A DNA stretch of 64,000 nucleotides, taken from contig CBDDFZ010000001.1 of NCBI GenBank assembly GCA_965227515.1, positions 1,440,001 through 1,504,000 on the forward strand, given 5' to 3'. The stretch comes from Alphaproteobacteria bacterium (lineage in GTDB: Bacteria > Pseudomonadota > Alphaproteobacteria > CALKHQ01). The notes beneath the pieces are model-generated. The model was not told the DNA's origin, did no database searches, and saw nothing but the letters and a program-made list of their open reading frames with translations. The translations under genes and the position numbers were made by a program. Positions 1 through 8,957 of this stretch are shown one piece after another. Numbering within the stretch: the first letter of the stretch is position 1; every line of letters starts with the position of its first letter.

Positions 1-866
1 ACGCCGGCCGCGCTGCCGAAACCGATCTCCATCCGCCCGATGCCGAACAGGTAGAGGAACGACACCATGGTCAGCGTGCTGTTGCCCGGCCCGCCCTGCG
101 GCGTCATCGCCATCACCATGTCGAAGAGCTGCAGCGCGCCGATGACGGCGAAGAACACCGACAGGCGGATGGTCGGCGCCAGCGACGGGATGGTGACGTA
201 GCGCATCACCTGCCAGCGGTTGGCGCCGTCGATGTGGGCCGCCTCGTAGAGCTCGCGCGGGATGACCTGCAAGCCGGCAATGTAGATCATCAGGTGGAAG
301 CCGAAATACTTCCACACCACCACCGCCAGGATGGCGTAGATCGCCCACACCCGGTCGCCCAGCAGGTGCGGCGCCTCGGCCCCGAACCAGGAATAGACCT
401 CGGCGATCAGGCCGTAGTTGCCGTCGTACATGAAGCGCCAGATCAGGCCGGCCGCGACCTCGGCCAGCACGAACGGCAGGAAGAAGATCAGGCGGAACAG
501 CACCGCGCCGCGCAGCTTCTGCGCCAGGATGATCGCCAGCCCCAACGCCAGCGGCAACTGTACCAGCAGCGACACCGCAATGATCAGGCCGTTGTTGATC
601 AGCGCGGTGGTGAAGGCGCGCCCGCCGAGCAGCTTCTCGTAGTTGCGGATGTCGATGAAGCGGGACGGCGCGCCGTAACCGTCCCAGTTGAACACGCTGA
701 AGAACGCCGCCTCGCCCATCGGCAGCACCACGAACAGCGTGAACAGGATCAGCGCGGGGGGCAGGAACAGGACGACGGCGGTCAGCCGCCCGCCCGCGAA
801 CAGCGCGGACAGGTTGAGCGGTCCAATACGCAGGCCCGCCATCCGGTCGGTTTGGCTCACCGCCAT
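1..866 (-). CDS. Carbohydrate ABC transporter permease (3' end runs off window)
   Basis: Manual translation from ATG at 866: MAVSQTDR...LFLPPALILFTLFVVLP...IPRELYEAAHIDGANRWQ (EAA motif), multiple TM segments. Confidence 0.9.
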   Translation of the reverse strand, partial: MAVSQTDRMAGLRIGPLNLSALFAGGRLTAVVLFLPPALILFTLFVVLPMGEAAFFSVFNWDGYGAPSRFIDIRNYEKLLGGRAFTTALINNGLIIAVSLLVQLPLALGLAIILAQKLRGAVLFRLIFFLPFVLAEVAAGLIWRFMYDGNYGLIAEVYSWFGAEAPHLLGDRVWAIYAILAVVVWKYFGFHLMIYIAGLQVIPRELYEAAHIDGANRWQVMRYVTIPSLAPTIRLSVFFAVIGALQLFDMVMAMTPQGGPGNSTLTMVSFLYLFGIGRMEIGFGSAAG

Positions 867-940
867 GGGGTCACCCGCCAAGCTCTGTGCAACGAGGCAC
901 TGGTCTTATACCAGAGGCGCCAATCTCTTACGTTTTTCAC

Positions 941-1056
941 CGTCATTGCGAGGAGCGGCGGCCGACGTAAGGCGGGCGGTGCGACGCGGCAATCCAGAGC
1001 AACCTCTGCAAACGCTCGGCAATCGCCTGGATTGCTTCGCTTCGCTCGCAATGACG
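941..1056. repeat. RPE/REP-like palindromic element (GTCATTGCGAG...CTCGCAATGAC type)
   Basis: Terminal inverted repeats CGTCATTGCGAG / CTCGCAATGACG and internal GCAATCCAG / CTGGATTGC; intergenic. Confidence 0.8.
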
Positions 1057-1167
1057 ACAGAAAAAGTCAGTCATTCGTGCCGCTGGTCTTAAACAATGGG
1101 CGATGAGTGTGACCCCATCGCCCATCGCCGCAGAGCGCGAGTTTACGAGAATGACTGCAGCACGCGG

Positions 1168-2442
1168 CTACTCGTTCTCGAAAGCCCAGGCTTCCTGCAC
1201 CAGCTCCGCGGCCTCCTGGGCGCTGATCGCGCCGGCGGCCAGGTCGGTGGAGACGTCGTTGACCACGCGGCCGACCGACGGGCCCAACATCTGGTCGTAG
1301 AAGATCTGGTGGTAGTTGGAGTTGCCGATGTTCTCGGCGACCTGCGCGAAGAACGGGTTGGTCAGGCCCTCCGCGGCGCCGTTGGCGACCGGGATCAGAT
1401 AGCCGCGCGACCCCATCTCGGCCTGCACCTCAGGGCTGACGAAGTGGCGCACGAACATGATCGCCTCTTCCGGCGCGCCTTCGGTGATCAGCCAGCCGTT
1501 GATGCCGCCCAGCGTGTCGGTGGGCTCACCGGCGCCACCGGGGACTGCCGGGAACGCGAACCAGCCCATCTCGTCGTCCGACAGGCCCTCGCCGCTGGCG
1601 GAGTTGCTGCGCGCGGTGTTGTAGTCCCAGTTGCCCATCAGGTGCATGGCTGCGTTGCCGTCGCCGAAATAGCCGGCGGCCTGCGGGTAGGTGAAGGCCA
1701 GGAAGCCGTCCTGGAACGGATCCAGCTCGACAAGCTGCTCGAACAACTCGCCGGACTGCACGAAAATCTCGTTCTCGAAGCCGTCGCCCTCGCCGCTGGT
1801 CGCGGCCTCGAAGCCGGCCTTGCCGCCCAGGCGGATCGCCAGATGGGTCCAGTAGAAGTGCAGCGGCCACTTGTCGGCGCCGCCGGCCGCGATCGGGGTG
1901 ATGCCGGCGTCCTTCAGCGCCTGCACGGCGGCCAGAAGGTCGTCCCAGGTCGCGATCTCGTCGGCATTGACGCCGGCCTCAGCAAACAGCGCCTTGTTAT
2001 AGAAAAAGCCGACCTGGCTCACCAGCATCGGCGCGCCGTGGACCACGCCGTCATAGGTGAAGGCATCGACGCCGGCCGGGCTCAGGGTCGAGGCCCAGTC
2101 GCCGTCCATATACTCGGTGATGTCGGCCAGCACGCCGGCCTGAGCCTGGGCGTGGAAAACGCCGCCGCCCCACGAATAGAAGATGTGCGGCTTCTCGTCG
2201 GACTGCAGGATGGTCGGCAGCTTGGCCTTGAAGGCCTCGTTCTCCAGGAACTGCAGCTCGACGGTGACGCCGGGGTGCTCGGCCTCGAACGCGCGGGCCT
2301 GCTCCTCATAGTATTCGGCGATTTCCGGGTTGGCCTCGATGTGCAGCCACTTGACGGTTGTCTGCGCCTGCGCGGCCGTGGTCAGGCCCGTGGCCGCGAA
2401 CCCCGCAGCCGCAATGCCCAGTGCCAATGCCTTCACGTGCAT
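1168..2442 (-). CDS. Sugar ABC transporter substrate-binding protein
   Basis: Signal peptide (AQA-Q), SBP family 1 features (FFYNKALF, GNAAMHLMGNW), upstream of permease. Confidence 0.9.
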   Translation of the reverse strand: MHVKALALGIAAAGFAATGLTTAAQAQTTVKWLHIEANPEIAEYYEEQARAFEAEHPGVTVELQFLENEAFKAKLPTILQSDEKPHIFYSWGGGVFHAQAQAGVLADITEYMDGDWASTLSPAGVDAFTYDGVVHGAPMLVSQVGFFYNKALFAEAGVNADEIATWDDLLAAVQALKDAGITPIAAGGADKWPLHFYWTHLAIRLGGKAGFEAATSGEGDGFENEIFVQSGELFEQLVELDPFQDGFLAFTYPQAAGYFGDGNAAMHLMGNWDYNTARSNSASGEGLSDDEMGWFAFPAVPGGAGEPTDTLGGINGWLITEGAPEEAIMFVRHFVSPEVQAEMGSRGYLIPVANGAAEGLTNPFFAQVAENIGNSNYHQIFYDQMLGPSVGRVVNDVSTDLAAGAISAQEAAELVQEAWAFENE

Positions 2443-2524
2443 GTGCCGGTTCCTCCCAATTGGTTGACCGCCGCCGGGCCGACAAGCGCCGCCTCCGGCG
2501 GTGCGCCGCGTTGCTCGCCGCGCA

Positions 2525-2579
2525 TTTATTTAATTTGTATGCCGCAGAAAATGTCTGGCATGTGCGCTTGGCTTGTCAA
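2525..2579 (-). promoter_or_regulatory. Putative sigma70 promoter for SBP gene with AT-rich candidate ROK operator
   Basis: TTGACA on minus strand at 2574-2579; AT-rich imperfect dyad ATTTGTATGCCGCAGAAAAT near the predicted start. Confidence 0.4.
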
Positions 2580-2711
2580 GACCAATCTCGAAATCTCCAT
2601 GGAAACCCCCGCAATTTTCGGCGTGCGAGCGGTGGGCCTTGGGCCACCCGCTTGATAAAGGCCGGAGCCCGGAGTAAATGGAATTCGTTTCCTGCCACAG
2701 CCGGCCAGCCG

Positions 2712-4004
2712 ATGAAGACCGCCGATCCCGAACTGATGCGTGCGATCAATCGCTTCCACGTGATGGATGCGATCCGGCAGCGCGGGCCGATCTCGCGGGT
2801 CGAGCTGGTGCAGCAGACCGACCTTAGCCCGACCACCGTGTCGGCGATCACCGCGGCCCTGCTGGACGACGAGCTGATCGCGGCGCGCCGGGTGGCGCCG
2901 CCGGGCGACGCCGGCCGCGGCCGGCCGCGCGTGATGCTGGAGCTGAACCCGGAGGCGGCGTTCGTGGTCGGCGTCAAGCTGGCGCCGCACCAGATCAGCG
3001 TCGCAACCACCAATTTCCGCGCCGATGTGCTGAAGAGCCTGACCCTGCCGGTGCGCACCACCCGCCAGCCGGCCAGCGTGATCGCCGACATCGTGGAAGA
3101 CGGCGTGCGCCATTGCGTCGCCGATGCGGGGCTGACGCTGGAGCGCATCGGCGGGGTCTGCGTCGGCCTGCCTGGCCTGATCGAGCACGACACCGCGATC
3201 TGCCGCGCCAGTCCGATCTTCGCGGAGACCGACGTGGCGCTGGCCGCCGCTGTGCGCGACCGGCTGGGGGTCGAGGTCACCCTGGACAGCGACGTCAACC
3301 TGGCGACCCTGGCCGAGCACTGGTTCGGCCATGGCCGCGGGCTGAGCGATTTCGCCGTCGTCGCCGTCGAGCACAGCCTGGGGCTCGGCATCATGCATGC
3401 CGGCGAGCTGATGCGCGGCGCCGATGGCCTGAGCGCCGATTTCGGCGACCTGATCGTCTGGCCCGAGGGCCCAGCGAAAGGCGGGGCGGCTCCGACCCGG
3501 CTCAACGATTGCGCCGGCGCGGCGGCGGTGCTGGCCGAGATCGAGCGCGTCGCGCCGGGGCGGCTGCCGCCCGACACCGGCGGTGTCTCGCGCTTGCGCC
3601 GTGCCGCCGAGGCGGCCGAGGCCGGCGACGCGGCACTGGCGGACGTATTCGCCCGTGCCGGCCGTGCGCTCGGGCTCGCCATCGCCAACGTGATCACCTT
3701 GCTGGCGCCGCGCACGCTGATCATCGCAGGCAGCGCGGTCGGTGCCGGCGACGCGCTGCTGCGGCCGCTGCGCGCGACGGTGGAGCAGGCGACGCCGCCG
3801 GTCCTGCGCGACGCGGTCGACATCATCTCCCACGACTGGAGCGACGATATGTGGGCGCGCGGTGCGGCAGCCCTCACCCTGCGCCGCCTGTATGGCGCGC
3901 CGTGGAGCACCAGCGGGCCAGCCCGGCTGCCGCACGCAGCAACGATGAAAGGCGGCGGCGAGAAGCTCGCCAAGACGACGCAAGCAGCGGCCGCCGCCAA
4001 ATAG
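2712..4004 (+). CDS. ROK family transcriptional regulator (NagC/XylR-like)
   Basis: N-terminal HTH (ISRVELVQQTDLSPTTVS), GRGRPR motif, ROK domain (DSDVNLATLAEHWFG); start taken at MKTADPELMRAIN. Confidence 0.9.
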   Translation: MKTADPELMRAINRFHVMDAIRQRGPISRVELVQQTDLSPTTVSAITAALLDDELIAARRVAPPGDAGRGRPRVMLELNPEAAFVVGVKLAPHQISVATTNFRADVLKSLTLPVRTTRQPASVIADIVEDGVRHCVADAGLTLERIGGVCVGLPGLIEHDTAICRASPIFAETDVALAAAVRDRLGVEVTLDSDVNLATLAEHWFGHGRGLSDFAVVAVEHSLGLGIMHAGELMRGADGLSADFGDLIVWPEGPAKGGAAPTRLNDCAGAAAVLAEIERVAPGRLPPDTGGVSRLRRAAEAAEAGDAALADVFARAGRALGLAIANVITLLAPRTLIIAGSAVGAGDALLRPLRATVEQATPPVLRDAVDIISHDWSDDMWARGAAALTLRRLYGAPWSTSGPARLPHAATMKGGGEKLAKTTQAAAAAK

Positions 4005-4033
4005 AAACACCAGAGGAAACGCGAGGCACACTC

Positions 4034-5131
4034 ATGCAGCCAGTCGGCACCGGGATCATCGGATGCGGCAATATCAGCGGCGCCTATCTGAAGGCGGCCA
4101 AGGGATTTCCCGTGCTGGACCTGCGCGGCATCGCCGACATGGATATGGCGGCGGCCGAGGCGCGGGCGGCGGAGTTCGGCGTGCCGGCGATGTCGGTGGA
4201 GGACCTGCTGGCCGACCCGGCAGTGGAACTGGTCATCAACCTGACCACGCCCCAGGCCCATGTGCCGGTCGGCCTGGCAGCGATCGCCGCCGGCAAGCAC
4301 GTGCATTCCGAAAAGCCGCTGAGCGTGAATTTGGACGACGCCCGCGCGCTGCTGGCGGCGGGGGAGGCGGCGAACCTGCGCGTGGGCTGCGCGCCTGACA
4401 CCTTCCTGGGCGGGTCGCACCAGACCGCGCGCGCGCTGATCGACCAGGGCGCCATCGGCACGCCCATCGGCGGCACCGCGTTCTTCATGTGCCCGGGGCA
4501 CGAGCGCTGGCACCCCAACCCGGCCTTCTATTACGCGGCCGGCGGCGGGCCGATGCTGGACATGGGGCCGTACTACATCACCGACCTGGTCAACCTGCTG
4601 GGGCCGGTGGCGCGGGTCGCCGGCGCGGTGAGTGCCGCGCGCAACACCCGCCCGATCCTGAGCGAGCCGCGCAAGGGCGAGACCATCCAGGTCGAGGTGG
4701 CGACCCACGTCGCCGGCACCATGACCTTCCACAATGGCGCCATCGTCACCATCGCCATGAGCTTCGACGTCGCCGGCCACAAGCACCTGCCGCTTGAGGT
4801 CTATGGTACCGCGGCGACGATGATCGTGCCCGATCCGAACTTCTTCGGCGGCGATGTCGAGCTGAAGGTGCCGGGCGGGGAGTGGGAGACGCGCCCGCTG
4901 ACCCATGGCTACGCCGACGGCAACTACCGCTCCATCGGGGTGGCCGACCTGGCCACGGCGATCCGCGACGACCGCCCGCATCGGGCATCGGGCGCGCTGG
5001 CGTTCCACGTGCTGGAAGTGATGCTGGCGTTCGAGCGCTCGGCGCGCGAGGGCCGGCACATCGAGATCAAAAGCCGGCCGGAGCGGCCGGCCGCACTGCC
5101 GCCCGGGCTGAGCGGCGGGGATTTGGGGTGA
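4034..5131 (+). CDS. Gfo/Idh/MocA family oxidoreductase
   Basis: GIIGCGNIS Rossmann motif, GKHVHSEKP, GGGPMLDMGPY. Confidence 0.92.
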   Translation: MQPVGTGIIGCGNISGAYLKAAKGFPVLDLRGIADMDMAAAEARAAEFGVPAMSVEDLLADPAVELVINLTTPQAHVPVGLAAIAAGKHVHSEKPLSVNLDDARALLAAGEAANLRVGCAPDTFLGGSHQTARALIDQGAIGTPIGGTAFFMCPGHERWHPNPAFYYAAGGGPMLDMGPYYITDLVNLLGPVARVAGAVSAARNTRPILSEPRKGETIQVEVATHVAGTMTFHNGAIVTIAMSFDVAGHKHLPLEVYGTAATMIVPDPNFFGGDVELKVPGGEWETRPLTHGYADGNYRSIGVADLATAIRDDRPHRASGALAFHVLEVMLAFERSAREGRHIEIKSRPERPAALPPGLSGGDLG

Positions 5132-5154
5132 CGACTGACCGCCAATATCCTCGT

Positions 5155-5270
5155 CGTCATGCCCGCACTTGTTGCGGGCATCCACGTCTTGCATCGTCTG
5201 CCGCAGCAAAGACGTGGATACCCGGGACTCGGCCCGCTCGTAACCGAGCGTGGCCGGCCCGGGCATGACG
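5155..5270. repeat. REP-like palindromic element (GTCATGCCCG...CGGGCATGAC type), copy 1
   Basis: Nested hairpins; 38 bp at 5153-5190 is the exact reverse complement of 60014-60051. Confidence 0.85.
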
Positions 5271-5338
5271 GAGCTTTAGATCGAACCGCGGCACCCATCA
5301 GGCTGACCGCGGAGGCAGTTCAATCGGGAGGGAACACA

Positions 5339-5986
5339 ATGCGTGAGGCACTGATCGTCTGGGGCGGCTGGTCCGGCCATGAGCCGGAGCAGGGATCGGC
5401 CATCGTTTCCGCGATGCTGGAGGAGGAGGGCTTCAAGGTCTACGTCGAGGACACGACCGAGGCCTTCGCCGACCCGGCGATCCGCGACATGCACCTGATC
5501 GTGCCCATCGTCACCATGTCGAAGATCGAGAAGGAGGAGCTGGACAACTTGACCGCCGCCATCGAGGGCGGGGTCGGGCTCGCCGGCTATCACGGCGGCA
5601 TGTCCGATGCGTTCCGCGAGGCGGTGGAGTACCAGTTCATGGTCGGTGGCCAGTGGGTGGCCCACCCCGGCAACGTCATCGACTTCAGGGTCAACGTGAA
5701 AAAGGGCGACGACCCGATCATGGAGGGCATCGCCGACTTCGACTACCACTCCGAGCAGTACTACATGCACGTCGACCCGCGGATCGAGGTGCTGGCCACC
5801 ACCACCTTCTCCGGCGAGCATGCCTGGTGGACCAAGGACGTGGTGATGCCGGTGGTGTGGAAGCATTCCTACGGCAAGGGCCGGGTGTTCCATTCCACCC
5901 TGGGTCATGTGTCGTCGGAGTTCCAGGTGCCGGAAATGCGCACCATCGTGCGCCGCGGCCTGCTGTGGGCCGCGCGGGAGGCATAG
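5339..5986 (+). CDS. ThuA-like domain protein
   Basis: VWGGWSGHEP, GGQWVAHPG, SEQYYMHVDP, GKGRVFHSTLGH; RBS GGAGG. Confidence 0.88.
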   Translation: MREALIVWGGWSGHEPEQGSAIVSAMLEEEGFKVYVEDTTEAFADPAIRDMHLIVPIVTMSKIEKEELDNLTAAIEGGVGLAGYHGGMSDAFREAVEYQFMVGGQWVAHPGNVIDFRVNVKKGDDPIMEGIADFDYHSEQYYMHVDPRIEVLATTTFSGEHAWWTKDVVMPVVWKHSYGKGRVFHSTLGHVSSEFQVPEMRTIVRRGLLWAAREA

Positions 5987-6008
5987 AGCATGATCACTTA
6001 AGTCGGTA

Positions 6009-6080
6009 CCGGCCCTCTCCCCCACCCGGCCGCCCAGACATCATACTGGAGTTGGGCGGCCGGGTGGGGGAGAGGGCTGG
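6009..6080. repeat. GC-rich hairpin repeat family (CCGGCCCTCTCCCCCACCCGGCC...), copy 1
   Basis: ~25 bp stem hairpin; related copies at 21350, 26105, 37808. Confidence 0.85.
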
Positions 6081-6315
6081 CGCAGATTCAGCGTAAGCTG
6101 ATCCCGGTCTAGCCCGACCCGTCTGCGCGCGGCGCGCCGCCGGCAGCAGACCCAATCTCGGCGCACATTGGATAAGGCTCGGCTTGCGCTGAGCCTGCGC
6201 CGAGACTCCCGGTCTCACCCTCAAGCATCGATACCCAAGACGGTACGCGGCCGATGCTCGACGTCGGCGCCGGGCGACCGACGGGCTGGACGCGCCGGCA
6301 CCGATGCGTTTTCGC

Positions 6316-6365
6316 TTGCGAAGGGCATCCTTTTTGCGTCTAATCATCTCCGAAACCGGTTTCGG
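6316..6365 (+). promoter_or_regulatory. Sigma70-like promoter plus LacI-type operator
   Basis: TTGCGA-N17-TCTAAT followed by the perfect 16-bp palindrome CCGAAACCGGTTTCGG (6350-6365) upstream of the LacI gene. Confidence 0.7.
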
Positions 6366-6399
6366 TGCGTGAAAAGCACGACAAAAAGCAAGAACCGGG

Positions 6400-7476
6400 T
6401 TGGGAGGGCGTTTGTCCACGCCACGCAAAGATACGCGTGCCAATGGTGCTCGGCCGGCGACGATCCAGATGCTGGCGGATACGCTGAACCTGTCGAAAGC
6501 GACGGTTTCGCGGGCACTGAACGGCTACGAGGATATCTCCGCGGCGACGCGGGAGCGGGTTGCCTCCGCAGCCCGCGCGCTTGGCTACCAACCATCCTCC
6601 CATGCCCGCCGACTGGCCCTGGGCCTGACCGAGACCGTCGGCTTCGTGGTGCCGGCCGGCTCACACCAACTCGCATCCCCGTTGCTGGCCGAGACGCTCT
6701 CCGGCATCAGCCAGGGCCTCAGCCGTGGCGGGTACGATCTCGTCGTGCGAACCGCGACCCATGACGACGACGTGGAGGCATATCGGGACCTGGTGAAGGC
6801 CCGGAAGGTCGATGCGTTCGTCCTGGTGCGCACCCGGCTGAAAGATCCTCGCGCGGACTATTTGGGCGCCGCCGGCGTTCCGTTCATCTGCCATGGCCGC
6901 ACCGGCAACGCCGATGCCCATGCGTGGGTCGAAGTCGATGGGCACGATGCCTTCCGCCGGGCGACGGCGCATCTGATCTCGTTGGGCCACCGGCGCATTG
7001 CACACGTTACCGCCGGCACGCGGTTGGCCGCGGCGGCGGACCGGCGCGAGGGCTATCTTCAGGCCATGGCGGATGCCAGCTTGTCTTGCGACCCCGGCTG
7101 GGTCGTGGAAGGCGATCTGTCCGGCGCGGCGGGCCGGCACGCGCTCGGCCGGTTGGTGGCGCTGGAGCGCCGGCCGACGGCCATCGTCTGTGGCAATGAC
7201 GCGACCGCGCTGGGCGTGATGGCCGCCGCCAACGAGGCGGGTCTTCGGGTGCCGCGCGACCTGTCCGTGGTCGGCTATGACGGCATCAGCCTGGGCGACG
7301 AGGTCAGCCCGGCCCTGACCACCATGACATACGACGCCGAACGCCTGGGCATGCGCATTGCCGAGTTGCTGCTCGGCTATCTGCGCAACGGCGACGTGTC
7401 GTCCGCACAGGAACTCCACCAGGCACGACTGCTGCGCCGGAGCTCGGACGGACCGCCACCTGCGCTGCACGAATGA
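6400..7476 (+). CDS. LacI family transcriptional regulator
   Basis: TIQMLADTLNLSKATVSRALNG HTH, LGYQPS hinge, VPRDLSVVGYDG; start uncertain. Confidence 0.92.
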   Translation: MGGRLSTPRKDTRANGARPATIQMLADTLNLSKATVSRALNGYEDISAATRERVASAARALGYQPSSHARRLALGLTETVGFVVPAGSHQLASPLLAETLSGISQGLSRGGYDLVVRTATHDDDVEAYRDLVKARKVDAFVLVRTRLKDPRADYLGAAGVPFICHGRTGNADAHAWVEVDGHDAFRRATAHLISLGHRRIAHVTAGTRLAAAADRREGYLQAMADASLSCDPGWVVEGDLSGAAGRHALGRLVALERRPTAIVCGNDATALGVMAAANEAGLRVPRDLSVVGYDGISLGDEVSPALTTMTYDAERLGMRIAELLLGYLRNGDVSSAQELHQARLLRRSSDGPPPALHE

Positions 7477-7514
7477 CGACGCATACCAAACGCAACTGCA
7501 CAAGGGAGGAGAGC

Positions 7515-8873
7515 ATGATCAAGACTTCGCTGCGTTGGACCACCGGTCTGACGGTCGGTGCCCTGGCGGCCGCCATGTGGGCGAGTGCCGCGTCGGCGCA
7601 AGAGCTGCGGTTCTGGACCACTGAGGAACAGCCGGAGCGGTTGGCCGTTCAAGAGGCCCAGGCGGCCGCGTTCGAAGAGGCGACCGGCATTTCGGTGCAG
7701 GTGATCCCGATCAGCGAAAGCGATCTGGGCGTCCGTGCGACGGCCGCGCTGGCCGGCAGCGATCTGCCCGACGTGATCTATTTCACGCTGCAGTACCTGT
7801 GGCCCTGGACCGAGGCCGGCATCCTGGATATCGACGCGGCACTCGACCTTGTCGACAGCCTGGGCGCCGACACGTTCTCCGCCGGCGCGCTGGCGATGGC
7901 CGAAGTGAATGGCGAGTACGCGGCCGTGCCGGTGGACGGCTGGACGCAAATGGTCGTCTACCGCAAGGACCTGTTCGCGGAAGCCGGCCTGGAGGCCCCG
8001 AACACCTACGCCAACATCACCGCCGCCCTCGACGCCCTGCACAATCCGCCGGACATGTACGGCTTCGTCGCCGCGACCAAGATCGACGAGAACTTCATGA
8101 GCCAGGTGCTGGAGCACGTGTTCCTGGCCAACGGCGTCTCCCCGGTCGACGAGAACGGCGTTGCCGCACTTGACGAGCCGGCCACGACCGAGGTGCTGGA
8201 GTTCTATAAGGCGATCGCCGATGCGTCGCCGGACGGCGAGCTCTACTGGCAGCAGTCGCGCGAGCTCTATTTCGCCGGCAAGGCGGCGATGATCATCTGG
8301 TCGCCGTTCATCATGGATGAGCTGGCCGGCCTGCGCGACAGCGCACCGCCGACCATCAACGACGATCCCACGTCGCGCGCGCTGGCCGATGCCACCGGGT
8401 TCGTCACCACCCTGTCCGGCCCCAGCAACCCGGACGGCGCCGCCTGGGCCGACCTGCGCTTCTTCGGCGTGACCCTGGATGCCGAGACCGATGCGGCGAT
8501 GCAGTTCGTCGAGTTCCTGATGGACGATGCCTATCTCGACACGCTGGCGATCGCGCCGGAGGGCAAGTTCCCGGTGCGCCACGGCAATGTCGACAACCCG
8601 ACCGCGTTTGTCGACGCCTGGGCGACGCTTGACGTGGGTGTCGACCGCCGCGCGCCATTGGCCGACCTCTACTCTGCCGACGTCATCGCCAATATCGTCG
8701 CCGGCCTGGAGACCGGCCAGCGTTGGGGCCTGAGTGAGGGTCAGCTCGGCGTGGCCTCCAACATCATCAACAGCCAGGTCATCAACCGGCTGGTGCGCGA
8801 ATACATCGACGGCGAGCGCGATGCCGCCGCGACGGTGGCGCTGATGAACGAAGAGCTGGCGGCTCTTCAGTAG
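7515..8873 (+). CDS. Carbohydrate ABC transporter substrate-binding protein
   Basis: RBS GGAGGAG, signal peptide ASA-Q, VYRKDLF, GKAAMIIWS. Confidence 0.9.
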   Translation: MIKTSLRWTTGLTVGALAAAMWASAASAQELRFWTTEEQPERLAVQEAQAAAFEEATGISVQVIPISESDLGVRATAALAGSDLPDVIYFTLQYLWPWTEAGILDIDAALDLVDSLGADTFSAGALAMAEVNGEYAAVPVDGWTQMVVYRKDLFAEAGLEAPNTYANITAALDALHNPPDMYGFVAATKIDENFMSQVLEHVFLANGVSPVDENGVAALDEPATTEVLEFYKAIADASPDGELYWQQSRELYFAGKAAMIIWSPFIMDELAGLRDSAPPTINDDPTSRALADATGFVTTLSGPSNPDGAAWADLRFFGVTLDAETDAAMQFVEFLMDDAYLDTLAIAPEGKFPVRHGNVDNPTAFVDAWATLDVGVDRRAPLADLYSADVIANIVAGLETGQRWGLSEGQLGVASNIINSQVINRLVREYIDGERDAAATVALMNEELAALQ

Positions 8874-8957
8874 TTAGGTATCGGGGGGCGCAAAGCCCCT
8901 TCGGCACGGCGGCCGACCATGCAGGTCGGCCGCCTGCGCCCGACGGAGGCGCAGATC

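Noticed and set aside
2358-2711. Long N-terminal extensions in the ORF track for ROK, Gfo, rplJ, rpsL, nusG, adk and others
   Set aside because: Upstream in-frame alternative starts; RBS position and family N-termini support the shorter starts
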